DNA of 63,651 nucleotides, the filler included, from Welwitschia mirabilis (Eukaryota): the NCBI GenBank assembly GCA_051453625.1. It is 4 parts of one record of this genome, joined end to end, with 100 filler letters (N's around TTAATTAATTAA, not from the genome) between each part and the next. Parts side by side here need not be neighbours in the genome. Positions count along the whole stretch, not along the records: positions 1 to 30,424 come from JBOZIK010000001.1; 3 more parts are not named here. One strand, 5' to 3'. Below are positions 14,070 to 26,879 of the stretch, piece by piece; the first letter of the stretch is position 1, and every line of letters begins with the position of its first letter. Under the pieces are notes generated by a model, which was not told the DNA's origin, ran no database searches, and saw only the letters and a program-made list of their open reading frames with translations. The position numbers and the translations under genes are program-made.

Positions 14070-14820
14070 AACTAAGAATGCATGAGACATTAAAAATTTG
14101 AGAAAGAAAGAATCCTTGGAATTAATATATATACATGTATATAGCGTGAATCATCATGGTTTTTGGACTCATAACTTACTATTCTGTAATACTTTCTTTA
14201 GTATTGTAGCATATGTATTATATATTGCATGTAAGATTATCTTCTAACCACCCCCCTTAATCTTATATGATACACTTCTGGAACTTTACATGTATAAGAG
14301 GCTTGGTAGGTGCATTTTTAATATTTTTATCAATCTTTATGTACTAGATATTCACAAACATCTTCCTTCGTGACATGTAGCTTCTTATTTATATGCTTTG
14401 TCTTTTCACTACGGACAAGATTCTTCAATCATGTGATTGTCACAATACACCAGTTACTAGTATCTTAACTTCAATTTTTATATCTCGTAGTAGATATTTC
14501 AATCAAATGTCTTTTGCGATTATGTAATTCAGCACATGCATCTCATCCCCATAGAGAAATGTGAGAGTTGACTTGCCTAGCTTTTTTCATAAGAGTGTTT
14601 TCCTAAGGAATACCCCATAATTTGTATGAGAACTTCTTATAGGATTGTCACCATCTTTGCATCTATGTATGCCACTAAATTTTTATAATCCTTTTGAGTG
14701 ATAATTCTAACGATCTGGTTCTAGCAAGATATCGTAAAACTTAACATACTGCTCTCATCTAATCTATGCAAGGCTGACATAGAGAAGCATAACACATTCA
14801 AGACATACTCAAATGTCTAA
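14070..14820 (-). mobile_element. Copia remnant (integrase and RNase H fragments, PPT, LTR)
   Basis: Minus strand carries YCDN, KTKHI and TKPL RNase H motifs (approx. 14300-14450) and PPT aggggggtgg at about 14247-14257. Confidence 0.6.
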
Positions 14821-16109
14821 TCCCATATTATATAAATATTATAGCTTTTGAAAGATTGTTAAATATGGAATTCCTCACCTTGCAAAGAAAACAAATCCAG
14901 ACCTGACTTATTAAGGAATGCCATTTATAAATGGGTTGTGAAAGAGAAATCATTATCATAGATTTCATCTAAAAATTTAGATCGTATTACTTGTACAGCC
15001 TCATTTATCATATGAGTAAGTTCATTCTCAATTAATAATATTCAAGACTGGTGTCTGATGACCCAAACATGTAACTGAGTTGTTTTCCAAATGTTCTAAT
15101 ACAAGGCGTGCTGCACCCAGTTAGCAACATGTCTCCAATATGAAAAGCAACAAAGTAATTCCAATCTAGTATGTGTAATCTTAACCAGAAAATTTGCATC
15201 ATATGTAACCATTTGGAATTTCCTTGTTCATAAGAAAATAGTCTATCACCTAATAATGCGTGATAATAGCAGTAATCATCTTCTATATGTGAGGTTGGCC
15301 ATAAGCAAACCACTTTGTCAAATTAGCTAGAGTTGTTTTTGTTCTAGGATTTTCAGGCCTCGTGAAACACTGATTTCTCAGACCTGGAGTCATGCAGTGC
15401 ACAGGAACCCATAAACTAAAAGATGTACACAATAATCCTCCAGGCCTTGTGATTGTATGTTACATCACAGCAAGTCCTAGTTGCAACTATAAATACATGG
15501 GTAGAAATAGAAGCTCTCATTAGAAGCTTGATGGAATTGAAAAACCATTATTATCATATTCACCCTTACCCTTTTGAGTGCTTGTTTACCCTTTCAAGTA
15601 TTTGTTTCTCAAGAACCTAAATATATGTTAAGGCAAAAAGAAGGAATTTAAAAGGTATCCAACTAAATCCTTCTGACAATTTTGGGGGCATGTATATCTG
15701 GTGATTGGTGCTTCCTAGATGTAGAAATGCAAATGTTGCTGATGGCTAATAAGCAATCACACCAAAAGTCATAGAGAAAGGATAGAGCAGAGCATTTATT
15801 TGTATATTGAAAACAAGAAATAAAGGCCCATTCACATAATAAGGGATTTATTATCTATTTCTCCTAAATAATCATATTATTGTTTTAAAATGTGTTTGCA
15901 GACCTCTATCTCATGAATTACCTTGAATTTAAAAACCAGTTCCAAAATCATTCCCAGAACAATACTGACTAAAGTAATGCACCCAATCATGCAATTAATC
16001 AGTAAAGGATTGAATACACTTTTGAGTCCACTCGCTTGAAGCAGTATTGACAACTATGTATTGGCAGCAAAAAATGAAAATATGCCTTCCCCTTCTAGTT
16101 TCCCTATAC

Positions 16110-16415
16110 TCAAGTTGATAGAAGAGAATGCACAGAAGCTACAAAAATGGCAATTACAGACACAAACGCAGATGACAATGTAAAAAAAGTAACAAGATGT
16201 GTATGAAATGGATTTCCAGATGGTATTCTCCATCTAAGGGCATCAAGTTTCATGGAAGCACTTGTAGACCATACAACTGGTAAGGTTGTATAGTTATGCT
16301 TATCCTGCATATTTTTCTGACTTGTTCTAGTTCTATTCATGCTCTTATGTCCACAACGGATGAAAACATGAGGAACGGAAATATCTGTGAATATGTACCC
16401 TTTTGAGCTCAAAGC
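16110..16415 (-). CDS. PIGX: PIG-X/PBN1 family GPI mannosyltransferase I subunit, terminal coding exon
   Basis: Phase-0 acceptor tcttggcag|GCT at 16415, stop TGA at 16110-16112. Peptide ALSSKGY..VPHVFIRC...WRIPSGNPFHTHLVTFFTLSSAFVSVIAIFVASV matches the plant PIG-X C-terminus as I recall it (PL..SGY...PD.F.C ... W.IP.G...H...V + TM helix). Confidence 0.85.
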   Translation of the reverse strand, partial: ALSSKGYIFTDISVPHVFIRCGHKSMNRTRTSQKNMQDKHNYTTLPVVWSTSASMKLDALRWRIPSGNPFHTHLVTFFTLSSAFVSVIAIFVASVHSLLST

Positions 16416-17117
16416 CTGCCAAGACAGATATAGTGATATTTCAGACAAAAATATAAAATTTCAAAAAATAATCATGAACAGATTTTCAGTTTCATATGTT
16501 TCCTTTGGAAGAATTTATTTTGTATCCCAAAAATCATTTTGAGCCATGTAGACGAAAAATCCACATTATAGTCCAATGAATGTGAGTGATTGACTGGTAA
16601 TTTCAACAAAACTTTTACACATGCATCTCGGCATAAATACCTTAATCATCTTTATGTTCACTGTTGTTTAAATTTTCATTGTTTAATTTCTAGAGACCTA
16701 AAATATCCAAGTCTGATGGAGCAAATGTTAACCATGTAGATCAAAACCCACAAAATATGTATTCATGTGATATAGCTGGCTTTAGATGATCATAATGGAA
16801 AACGAGAGAATTTTGATGATGATGAACAAAAACTCTTGCACAAGGACATATTTGAAGCATCTAGAACTTACAGGGACATGTTGCTTTGATGTAGAGATTT
16901 TGAGATGAAAGTCATCAGCCATTAGGCAAAGCCACTATGCTTTATGACAACTCCTAACGAATGTATAGCACTTAGCATTCATTTGACAGTGCTAAAAATG
17001 TACTAGTAGCCATATTAAGACGTCCTGTTCTCTTGTTTTGTATTTGTGGTTTGAATTCGATCGTAAATAATACTTATCAGCTGTCCTTAAAATCATAGAG
17101 ATCAACATTTTTACTAG

Positions 17118-17371
17118 TCGCTAATGCTCTCAGATAGAACTATCTAGATTCTCCTATAAAATACAACAGTTTAAACTTTAAAGCATCTGAAACTAGTCGA
17201 AGTTTAAAGATGTGCTGAGACTCTGTTTTCCTAGGAATTCTATAGCCGCTAACACTCTCAGATAGAACTAATCTAGATTCTCCAATAAAATACAGCCATT
17301 TAAAGCATCTGAAACAAGTCAAAGTTTAAAGATGTGCTGGGACTTTGAAACATTTTCCTAGGAATTCTATA
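17118..17371. repeat. Intronic tandem duplication, 2 x approx. 127 bp
   Basis: ctctcagatagaact...ctagattctcc...tttaaagcatctgaaac...gtttaaagatgtgctg...ttttcctaggaattctata occurs twice. Confidence 0.9.
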
Positions 17372-17691
17372 TGTTATGAACATAACTGTACATCCCTCCT
17401 CCGTCATGTTTCATGTGGATTTCTTTTGACATGAAAAGATCCCCTGGAAGTTTGTTGTGTCTATCACAAAGATTATTGCTTAATGTTTTCCTTCAGAGTG
17501 TTCTCTTGGATCATGATCCCTGTTGTTACTCAACACCACTCACATAAAAGGGAGGATCACACTAAGCTTTTCTGATATCAATTTTTTTATTAGTTTGTTT
17601 TCAGTTTCAACAAAGTAGATGTTTTGAGACAGTACATAGAAATGATGTAGTAAGAAAATTTTATTTACTAATTTTTGAGAATTGCAAGAAT

Positions 17692-18177
17692 CAAAGTTGT
17701 GAAATGCAGATCTGAATTGCAATCTCCCAATTGGTTTTGCGTCATGATCCCCTCTGGATCTTGATTCAGAGGCTCTAGATTGCAATCCAAAGTGATCCAC
17801 TCCACAGTGATCTGAAGCGATCCACAATGATATGAAAAGATCTGCAGAGATCCGAAGAGATTTGCAAAGATCCAGGGAGACCTACAAAGATCTAGAGAAG
17901 TTCGCTACTCTTAAGGTTCAAACCTAACATACATGGACTATTCTGAACATTCTCAAGTAGGTGTAGAGTTAATGAGAAGTAGGAAAACATTTTAAAAGTT
18001 CTAATTTTTTTATTTCAATTAAGATTACATTGATTTCGTTAAGTTTTAAATTCAGCTAAAGGTTTTTCCATCTTTGCAATCCACAATGATCTACATAATG
18101 CACCAAAGTGATCTCGTGATCTAGTATCTCTAAATCAAAAAAAAGGTTCACCATCTGATCTGCATTTCATAACTATG
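17692..18177. mobile_element. hAT-type MITE (486 bp)
   Basis: 21-bp TIRs CAAAGTTGTGAAATGCAGATC / rc CATAGTTATGAAATGCAGATC. Perfect 8-bp TSD GCAAGAAT (17684-17691 and 18178-18185). GATC-rich subterminal repeats. Confidence 0.92.
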
Positions 18178-18199
18178 GCAAGAATTACATAAGCAACAT

Positions 18200-20348
18200 T
18201 GATACAACGAGAAATCAAACAATGCGAGAATATGAGATGGCGTAAATGAAGCAACAAAAGGAAAGGACCTCTCATCCTTAGGAGGCCTCTCTTAAAAAGA
18301 ACAAGCTAGGTCCTGGAGATTGGCCTAGAGGGTGATCTTGTCATCACTTATAATGGGTAATACCTCGAGTCTAACTATTGTTTTGGGATCAAGGTTGTCC
18401 ACTATTACCATTTTCTGTATTTGACTTATGGCAAGAGAGAAGGGTTCTCAGGTTGTCTTCTTGCTCTCACAAAATACAATATTTCTCCAAGGTTAGCGGT
18501 GTTTGCTCCCACTTGGTGTTTCTCCACATATAATTCGCACCTTCCTCTCAATGTTGATTTTCCATTGCTTCCAACTTTTTTCACAAGTTCATTGGAGCTT
18601 TGGTCAATTTGGTGATTATTTTTGCTTAGTGCTGGGATCTCCATCCTCCTACATGATCTTGAGCAAGGACCTCCATGCATTGGCTACCTGACTGTTAAAG
18701 ATCAACTTCAGCCCAGCAACTAAAAGCAAATATCAAAGATATAATAAAGCCTGAACTTCACTTTTGGCACTTCCATCACACTGATTTCAGGTTGGCCTCC
18801 TCCACGTCTAAAATTTCAGAACCCTCTTACGCAATGACTTCTACAGTTGATTTCTTGCTTCTAGCTAATGTTTGTTCCCAACGTAATTAGAATACATCTA
18901 TGGCATGTGACAAACATTAAAGAAACACAATAATGAGGTTAGCTACTTTATTGGATCCTAAAGCAAATACAATCCCTGGAGTATCATTTTCTCTTGCTCA
19001 CTTGCTACTAACTTTTCCAAGTTTCAAACTATCTATCTAATTCATCGATTACCAAGCCTTCAAAGCAATTGAACATACTTTGAAGGGCTTTAATATCCTG
19101 ATTCCACATCACAAAGACTTCCTTTTGGTCAGTCATATGGTGTGAGCACCCACCATCACATACCCATTCTGCTTGTTTAGAGGTGAGAAGAGCTTGTTGT
19201 CCTTGTGCAGCAGAAATAAAGTTAAACTCATCTTGTTGGTCCTTTTGTGTTGTCTTTGGCCACATAAGCATCATATTGCTCATCATAGATTTTGGTTCTA
19301 CAATCTCTTACAATCTGCCCTGTTTTTTTGCCACTAGCAATTTGTGAGATTTGTTACGTTGCCTCTTGCTTCTTTGTCATTATCCCTTGGATTAGGGTTA
19401 TCACCACTACCTCTTCCTCTATTTAATCTTCTTCTACCTCTTCCACTTGCATAGTGAGTGTCTTCTTGATTTTGTCAGGTTTGTTCAGCTTTAAGTGTAG
19501 TGATATTCTCTTTTTCTTCAAGCTCATTGAGGAAGAATTCTACTTGAACAAGCCTTCCTATTGCTTAATCCACTGTAAGGGCCTTTAAATCAAGAAAGTT
19601 GTTCATAACAGCAGCCATTTGCTTGAATGGTTTTGTTAATGTTCGTAGGCTTTTATAAGCAACGTCCTTAGTGTTTACAATATTGCTGGCCACTTCCAAT
19701 TTTCTCACAGTATTCATCACCCTTTGGATGTATTCCTTCACCTTCTATTGTTCTTTCACCTTGAGTTTGTCATACTTAGTTCTTAACTGTTGCAGCTTCC
19801 TTGGCATGGCCTTGGTACACTCTATCAAGACTTTCCCATAGATTATATTGTGAGGCATAGTATGATACTTCTGGATTTTTATTTTGACCATATTTAAGTA
19901 TATGGCAGAGATCATCCTGCTGTCCATCATCTTCTGCTTTTCTTGCTTCTCTTTCTCTTTATCATCCTTGGGTTTAGGAAGTTTGCCTATATCATTTAGG
20001 GCGTACTTCATAGACCTTGTCCTTTAGATATTGGCTCTCTCTGGCTTCCATATTTCATAATTTTCTTTGTTGAAAAATGGTATGTGAAACTTGTTCGTTA
20101 TGGTTTCTTTGAATACAAGAAGCTGGGACTGATTTGTATTTGCTTATTGAGTGTAAGATAGCTGCTCGTTGGGGTTGTTTGGGCTCTCTTCTGAACTCAA
20201 GGAGTCACGCTTATCTTCTTCTTGATCTTCAAAATCTAGTGTCTTGATGGGTGTGTCACTTGGAGAAAAACTTAGTCTTCTAAATGGTTCTTCTACCTTC
20301 TTGATACCCTTTCTTGTTCTAGGGTAAGAGTTCTCTTTTTAATCTGTC
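18200..20348 (-). mobile_element. Internally deleted Copia element (gag-protease)
   Basis: Gag start IPFFNKENYEIW (about 20050-20085), UBN2-like region 19560-19900, protease EWVCDGGCSHHMT (about 19131-19170). No integrase or RT seen. Confidence 0.75.
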
Positions 20349-20413
20349 NNNNNNNNNNNNNNNNNNNNNNNNNNNNNNNNNNNNNNNNNNNNNNNNNNNN
20401 NNNNNNNNNNNNN

Positions 20414-23400
20414 ATGGTGTTTTCCCTCAAGCACAAGAATAAGGAAGTGGGCATCAAAACCTCTTTCTCAGCACAAGGAGGAGGGCCCTTCAGTCTTGGC
20501 ATGTAACACACTATCCAAGGTTCAGATCCAGGACCGGTTCCTAAGCCTGAGTTCCTCAGGATGAAACAATTATTTCAAATGGAAATGTCAGGCTAAGACT
20601 AAGACAAAAATCATAGTTTCAGCTTCCCCATCAAGCCAGGAATCCAATCTAGCATCTCCAACTCCAACTTCGAACCATTGAGGCATCTCCGTCTTTACCT
20701 AAGGCAACCCTTCCAACCTACTCCAACAAGTTCTTCTTGTTCCGTCAACCCAAGTCCTATCCATATGGCTGCAAACCTACCAGCACCTCTTCCCCGCTTC
20801 CATGAGGCTAACTCCTTGAATTTTCCAACCTACAATAGTCTCCCACCCTACCATGAGAAGTACCTTTGGGCCCGCACACCATGTTATTTGTTGGCAGCCA
20901 AGGATTGTGTCAACATTTTCAAGGGAGACCTCAAATTCCTGGGCATGATACATAAAGATGTGGTTTGCCACTTGTTCCTCCTATACCTAAGAGGGAAAGC
21001 CCATCTTTGGTACATGAGGATGCCTCCAGGAGCTGTCAGTTCATGCAATGAGCTCATAACTACTTTCTTGCAAGAATATGATAGGCAGTATGTTTGTAAA
21101 GCTTGCTTCCAATATTTTCCAACGATACAGAAACAGCATATACATACAATGATGGCTTTCAAGCATTGTTTTCAGGGGGTGTTGACTTGCATTACATCTA
21201 AGCTCAAGCCCAACACCCCCTAATTCAACACTTGTGTGTCTATGAACTTAGTGACACACTTCTTCCTGGAGGGGAAAAACAACTTAAGACACCCTCTACA
21301 CTTTTACAACAAAAGCCCATGCTTGGAGAGGAATGTGCTAGTGACCATCTATGGACATGTGAACACTGTGGATAGATTTCTTGCTTTTCCACCATCCCCA
21401 AATGCTGCTCCACTCTGTGATCTCTCCTTTTGCCCCTTCCACATTATTCACCCACCCATGCACTCAAGCTAGAAACCTCTCCTTACCTCTTCTACAAGTC
21501 CAACAGCCACCTACCCAACATTTTCCTAGTTGTCTATCAAACTCTTCCACAACTGCCCATCAATCTTCTAACCGTTCAACTACCCAAAAGTGTATCTGCA
21601 ACCAAAGCACCTTTGAAAGGCTCCAAAGCTCTAGGGTGAAGGAAGAGATGAAGTCCCTCAAATGCCTCATCAGAAAGTTAGTTATAGATTTGAAGCAGTC
21701 AAATTTGAAAGGGGATTCTCAAGCTAGTACAAGCAAAAGGAACTTTTAAAGGAATCAAGGACATTCCCAGGAATGTGATCAAAGGAGGCAACCATTTAAG
21801 AAGAAGGGTAGTGACAGCTGAAATGCTTCTAAAGTATTTGATGTGGCTCATGACTATTGCATATCCCACAATACAACTAATGATTCAGGATATAACTGTC
21901 CAGAATTCTGAAGCATGAACAAGAACTGAATTTAGAATCAGGTCTCTTCTTACAAGGNNNNNNNNNNAAAAAATGAGGTAGTTAGGGAGTATGAGGATGA
22001 GGACATCACATAAATCTCCTGCTCTACCCCGAGAAGGGAATCCAACTAGAGGCAAAGGATGAACAAGAACCCTGCAAAAGTCTCATAAAGTCCCTCCTGA
22101 TGGAAGGCCAAAACTTCTAGATCTAAGGTTGGACGACAATCCCTCTCCCTTGACAAATGATAATAAGAATGATACCCAACTAGGTTCAAGTAAACAACTG
22201 CAAAGATTTGAAGAAAATCAAAGTACGTGCAACTCTATATGATCTGTTTTAGCTTGGCAAAGCTAGAAGAGAAGAACACCATGTACTCCTCCACGACAAA
22301 GGTACCTCCTTTCCTATTACCTTTAAGATGTCTAGTAATAATGTCTAGAATTGTATAATAGATTCAATTGCTTCTGCCAATATCCTTCCTTTAAAAGTGC
22401 CACTAAGATGGAGGTGAAACCTGGACCTTGTTCTAAAAAGTGACGTGCAGCTAGATGACACAAATGTCAAAGTCTTGGGCATTCCCTTGGACATCAATAT
22501 TCAATTGGCAATGGACACAAGAGTCACGCATCTAATAGAATTCTATGTGACAAACATTCTTACCATTTACAATGCTCTTCTTAGCAAGGAATGGTTGACT
22601 TCCCTCAATGGTTACATCTACTTTGACTACTACTCGTGGTCACCCTAGAAAGAAGATTCAAACTAGATAAAAATTGAAAGGGGACCCAACTTGAAGCAAA
22701 ATGTTATGGAGTATGACAAAAAAAATTAGATTCCAAAGTGGAACATCCAGGAGTCCACACAAGGACACTTCGCTCAACACAAAAGCAGCAAACCTCCTAG
22801 TTAGGCAACCTATTGCTCTGCCCCTAGAAGAAGGTACTTGGAAAGTCTTCATGGATGGGGCTGGCAATAGCAAAGGGCATGGTAAGGGTGTGGCCTTTGA
22901 AGGACCTAACAAAAGAAGATTTCAGAAGAAGGCACTCGGTATGATATTTATGACTTTATCAAACCAGGTGGCTTTTTTTTTTTTTTTGCATGTTACATTG
23001 TAGGATCTTGTCTTAGGAGTATCAAGTGTCCTTATCTAAAAGTCAGCTTCAAGCATAGTACATTGATGATTTCTTTCAGCAAAAGGCCACAGTTATGACT
23101 GAGTAGTTCCCAGCTTTTTGCATGTAATCTCTTCTTTTTAAACCTAATGGAAAGGTTGGTCAGTTTCCTCCAACAACACAAAACAAAAACAAAAACTGAT
23201 AAAAAAAACCAAAAGAAAAGAAAAAGAAAGAAAGAACAGTGAGGGGAGGAAATGAAGAACACCCTATGCTTTCTAGGCTACCAATGATGCGACGGAATAT
23301 GAGATTTTGCTTCAAGCTCTTAGCTACCGTATTGATTCTGGGATCGGGGAGTTGAAGGTGATAGGTCAATCTAAATTGGTTATCAAGCGGATAAAGGATG

Positions 23401-24980
23401 AATACAGAGTATCCAACCCCTTGCTCAAGGCTTACAAGGAAAAGTGATGGATCTCCCGGGACAAATTTACCACTTTAGCATCAAGCAGATGCTCTAGGAA
23501 GAGAATAGCAAGGCAGATCACTTAAAAGTCTCAGCTTTCATCATCCCCTTGAAAAAGAAGAAAGGGTCAAGAATTTGGATGTCCTAAAAGTCCTTGAAAG
23601 GGCTATACTGAATAACATCCATGATCTACAAGTCTATGAAGACGACACACAAATTCAGAGATCCATGGAATGTAAGGACAAATTCAAGGGGTAGCAAATA
23701 GACCCAGAAGACGAGCAAGGTTATTTTACAAAGGAAGGGATCTTCCAACTTAGAAGCAACAAGATCCCAAAGGGTTTAAAAAGCTAGAAAGGTTCTTTAA
23801 CGGTAACAAAAAACCTCCCTTTCAAACCAAAGCAAATCATAATGCCATTAAGAATCTGAATTTGGATACTCCCAAATGATTGGAAAAGCATTAGAGTTGG
23901 GAAGGCTTGCTCATCCACAAACAAGGACATAGCTCGGCTAGCAATTCAAAGATGTTTTGACTTGGGGGTATGAAAGGCTATGACCCCAAAGACGTGATTC
24001 ACACCATGCCTCTTAAGGAAAATGTTTTTAAGCAAAATAGGAGGGCTACTATATGCCAAGGGCACGTATCCTAATTTTCAGGGCATTGTCTTTAGCAAGC
24101 TCCTCCTAAAACAAGATAGTTCCCCTCAACCTTAAATATTTTGTAATTATAGACTAAAGCTCTTTGACAATTAATTTTTGGCGCAGCTTAATTTAGGGAA
24201 TATAACATAACAGTGTTAGCCTTTCATCGTAACCTTGAAAAAGAAGAAAGGGTCAAGAATTTCGATGTCCTAGATGTTCTTGAAAAGGCTATACCACATA
24301 ACATCCATGATTTAAGATAACCATGGAATGTGAGGATGAATTTGAGGAGTAGCAAACAGTCTCAAAAGATGTAGGAGATTATATCACAAAGGAAAGTATC
24401 TTCTAGTTTACATGCGATAAGATCCCAAAAGGTTTACAAAGCTAGAAAGGTGCTTTGAGGTTGATAGAAAACCCTCCTTTCAAACCAAGGCAAGACAATA
24501 ATGTAGTTGGTAAGCTGGATTTGAATACTCCTAAATAATCCCAAAAGCAAGAGAATTGGGAAGGCTCGTTCACCTACAAATAGGGGCATGATTACTCACC
24601 TCTGCCAGTAGTTCAAAGATGTTATTCACTTGGAGGTATGAGGGTTTCAAAGGGTATGACCCCAAAGACATTACACACACCATACCTCTAAAGGAAAATG
24701 TTACAATGTAAGGGGATGCCGAGGTTTAGAGCATTTCAGCTGTAGGACCCACAGAATTCACCTTGATGCTCGTGCAGGTTAAACTTTTCGAGGAAAATAG
24801 TAGGTTTAATCTATAACAAGGGGGGTGGTCCTAATTTCCAAGGCATTGTCTAATACAGCAAGCTCCACCTAAAACAAGATAGTTACCCTCAAGTCCTCAA
24901 CAATGAATGTGTTGCAATTATAGGCCTCAAATTGGGCTTTGAGACCATTAATTTAGTGCCTAGCTTAATTTAGTTTATGC
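20414..24980 (+). mobile_element. Tat-clade Ty3/Gypsy remnant: gag, protease, archaeal-type RNase H, pre-RT region, with a duplicated 3' segment
   Basis: Gag VCHLFLLYLRGKAHLWYMRMPPGAVSS (ORF 20678-21223). Protease NCIIDSIASANILP (22349). aRH WKVFMDGA (22839), TNDATEYEILLQAL (23280), EENSKADHL (about 23500). Then QLRSNKIPKGL and FKDVLTWGY (23945). Segment approx. 23545-24200 recurs at approx. 24235-24975. Confidence 0.85.
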
Positions 24981-24999
24981 CCCACTAATTTGTTTGCCT

Positions 25000-26560
25000 T
25001 TATTAGTTGGCACATGGAAGCTATGTTTCTCACAAAAATCAAGCAAGGATATTATTAGAGAAAAGATAAGCATGGCTATGTTTAAGAAAGAGGTAAGCAA
25101 AGCTCGTTTTAGGGTTTCCTAAATTTATCTCTAATCCTACACCTATACAACTGGGTTTAAGGACTTGGCATTGTATTACAAGGAAATCTAGCAAGCAAGG
25201 TGAAAGAAAAAACAAGGGCTTTCTGCCTTCTAATGATTTCATTTCTGCTTTTGTACTGAAGAGAAAGTGACAGCTTGTTTGCTCGCTTGGATCACATACT
25301 GTTCTATTAGTAGAAGAAGTTGGATCTCAATTGGTGTATTTTTTCCTCTTGCAATAAGCAAGACAAATCCCCATTACCACTGGATGTAGGCATATTGTCA
25401 AACTACGTAAATCTTGGTGCCTCTTCTCTTTGTCTCTTCTATTTGCTGTTTTGTTATTTTTGTTCTTTTTCTCTATAATTTTGCATTCTTCCCATTTCCA
25501 CTGTTCAATCTGGTTATTTCCATGTCATTCATTTAAATTGGTATCAAAGAAGGCAACCGTGCAAGACATGGCAGAATAGCCACTAAGCTTTTGAATGCAA
25601 AGTTTGAGGTGCAGAAGTTTGACAACAAAAATAGCTTTGGATTGTGGTAGATCAATGTTAAGCATTTGCTCATTTGGTAAGGGTTCTGGAAGGCATTATT
25701 ATGGAAGGTGAAGAGATCTACAACCATGTCTAATGAAGAATGGGAGGATTTGGATCTAAGGTTTATAGCACCATCCATCTAAGCTTTGCAGATTAGGCTC
25801 TGTTTAATTTGGCAAACGACAATTTTGCCACCACATTACAGACAAAGTTAGAGGGTTTACACATAAGCAAGTCTCTAGGAAATAAGTTGTACTTTAAGTC
25901 AGAGCTTCATGACTTCAAGCAGGAGGGAACATCTATTATGGCTCATTTGAATGCTCTCCATGAGTTGATCTATCACCTATCTAGCACTGAGGTGGAGATC
26001 AATGAGAAGCATCAAGCTCTAATCCTTCTCAAATCTCTCTCACCATCCGACAAGCCTCTCACCATGAATTTGCTTTAGAGCATTGTAATAGAGCCTTCTG
26101 GAGAAGCCTTTGTGACTAGAGGATTCACAACGGAGAAAGGATCTAACAACAAATCATCCAAAAGAAATTCAAGATCTAGAAAGGTTAACAAAAGGGATAT
26201 GGAATGTTTCTACTACCAAAAAAGGGAGACTTCAAGAAGGAATGTCGAAAGTTGAAGGTGGACAAAGCAGAAACACAAAGGAGTGGAAAGGGCTTCATGG
26301 CACATTACTACCAATAGATCTTGCTTTCACACATAACACAAAACTGATTGACGCCATCTTCTAATGGAAATGAACGATAAAGTGAGGATTGTTAGCATCG
26401 GTACTATTCAAATTAAGACACATTATGGAGTTGCAATGACTCACAAAATTGAGGATGCACCAAAAATGGAGAAAAATATTATTTCTCTTAGTGTATTGGA
26501 TGGTCTCGACTATAAGTTTATAGAAGAAAATGGTTTAGTAAAGGTCACCAAAGGTTCTTT
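25000..26560 (+). mobile_element. Copia element A: LTR, PBS, gag, zinc knuckle, protease (3'-truncated)
   Basis: PBS tggtatcaaag at 25539. Gag AKFEVQKFDNKNSFGLW, LILLKSLSPS; ECFYY...KKEC (about 26200); GASWHIT (about 26292); IISLSVLD. The LTR start is approximate. Confidence 0.85.
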
Positions 26561-26879
26561 TAGAGCATTGGAACGCTTGGAAACGATGAAATTACTTGTC
26601 AAACAGAATTGGGAGATTTGGAGCGTACTAAGGATGCATAGGCTAGAAGAAATGTGTCGAAGCCCTTCTTTCTACAGGACCATCTGGTGTGACAAATGAA
26701 GATTCGGATAGGAAAAAGGTGAAAGCAATGTCTTTCCTTCATTCCTGCAATATATAAGAATAGAAATAAACTCGCCATTCTGTAGGCAAAACTCAAGAAT
26801 AGTATTGATAAACCCTAGGTTTGAATCAATTTTGTGTCTATCAAAATGTTTGTAATTCAAAGATAAAGCAGGAAACCTC

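Noticed and set aside
16503..16535. Minus-strand FWDTK*ILP resembling the missing FGDTNLELP exon
   Set aside because: Contains a stop, has no downstream LPLHARY and no suitable splice sites; probably chance.
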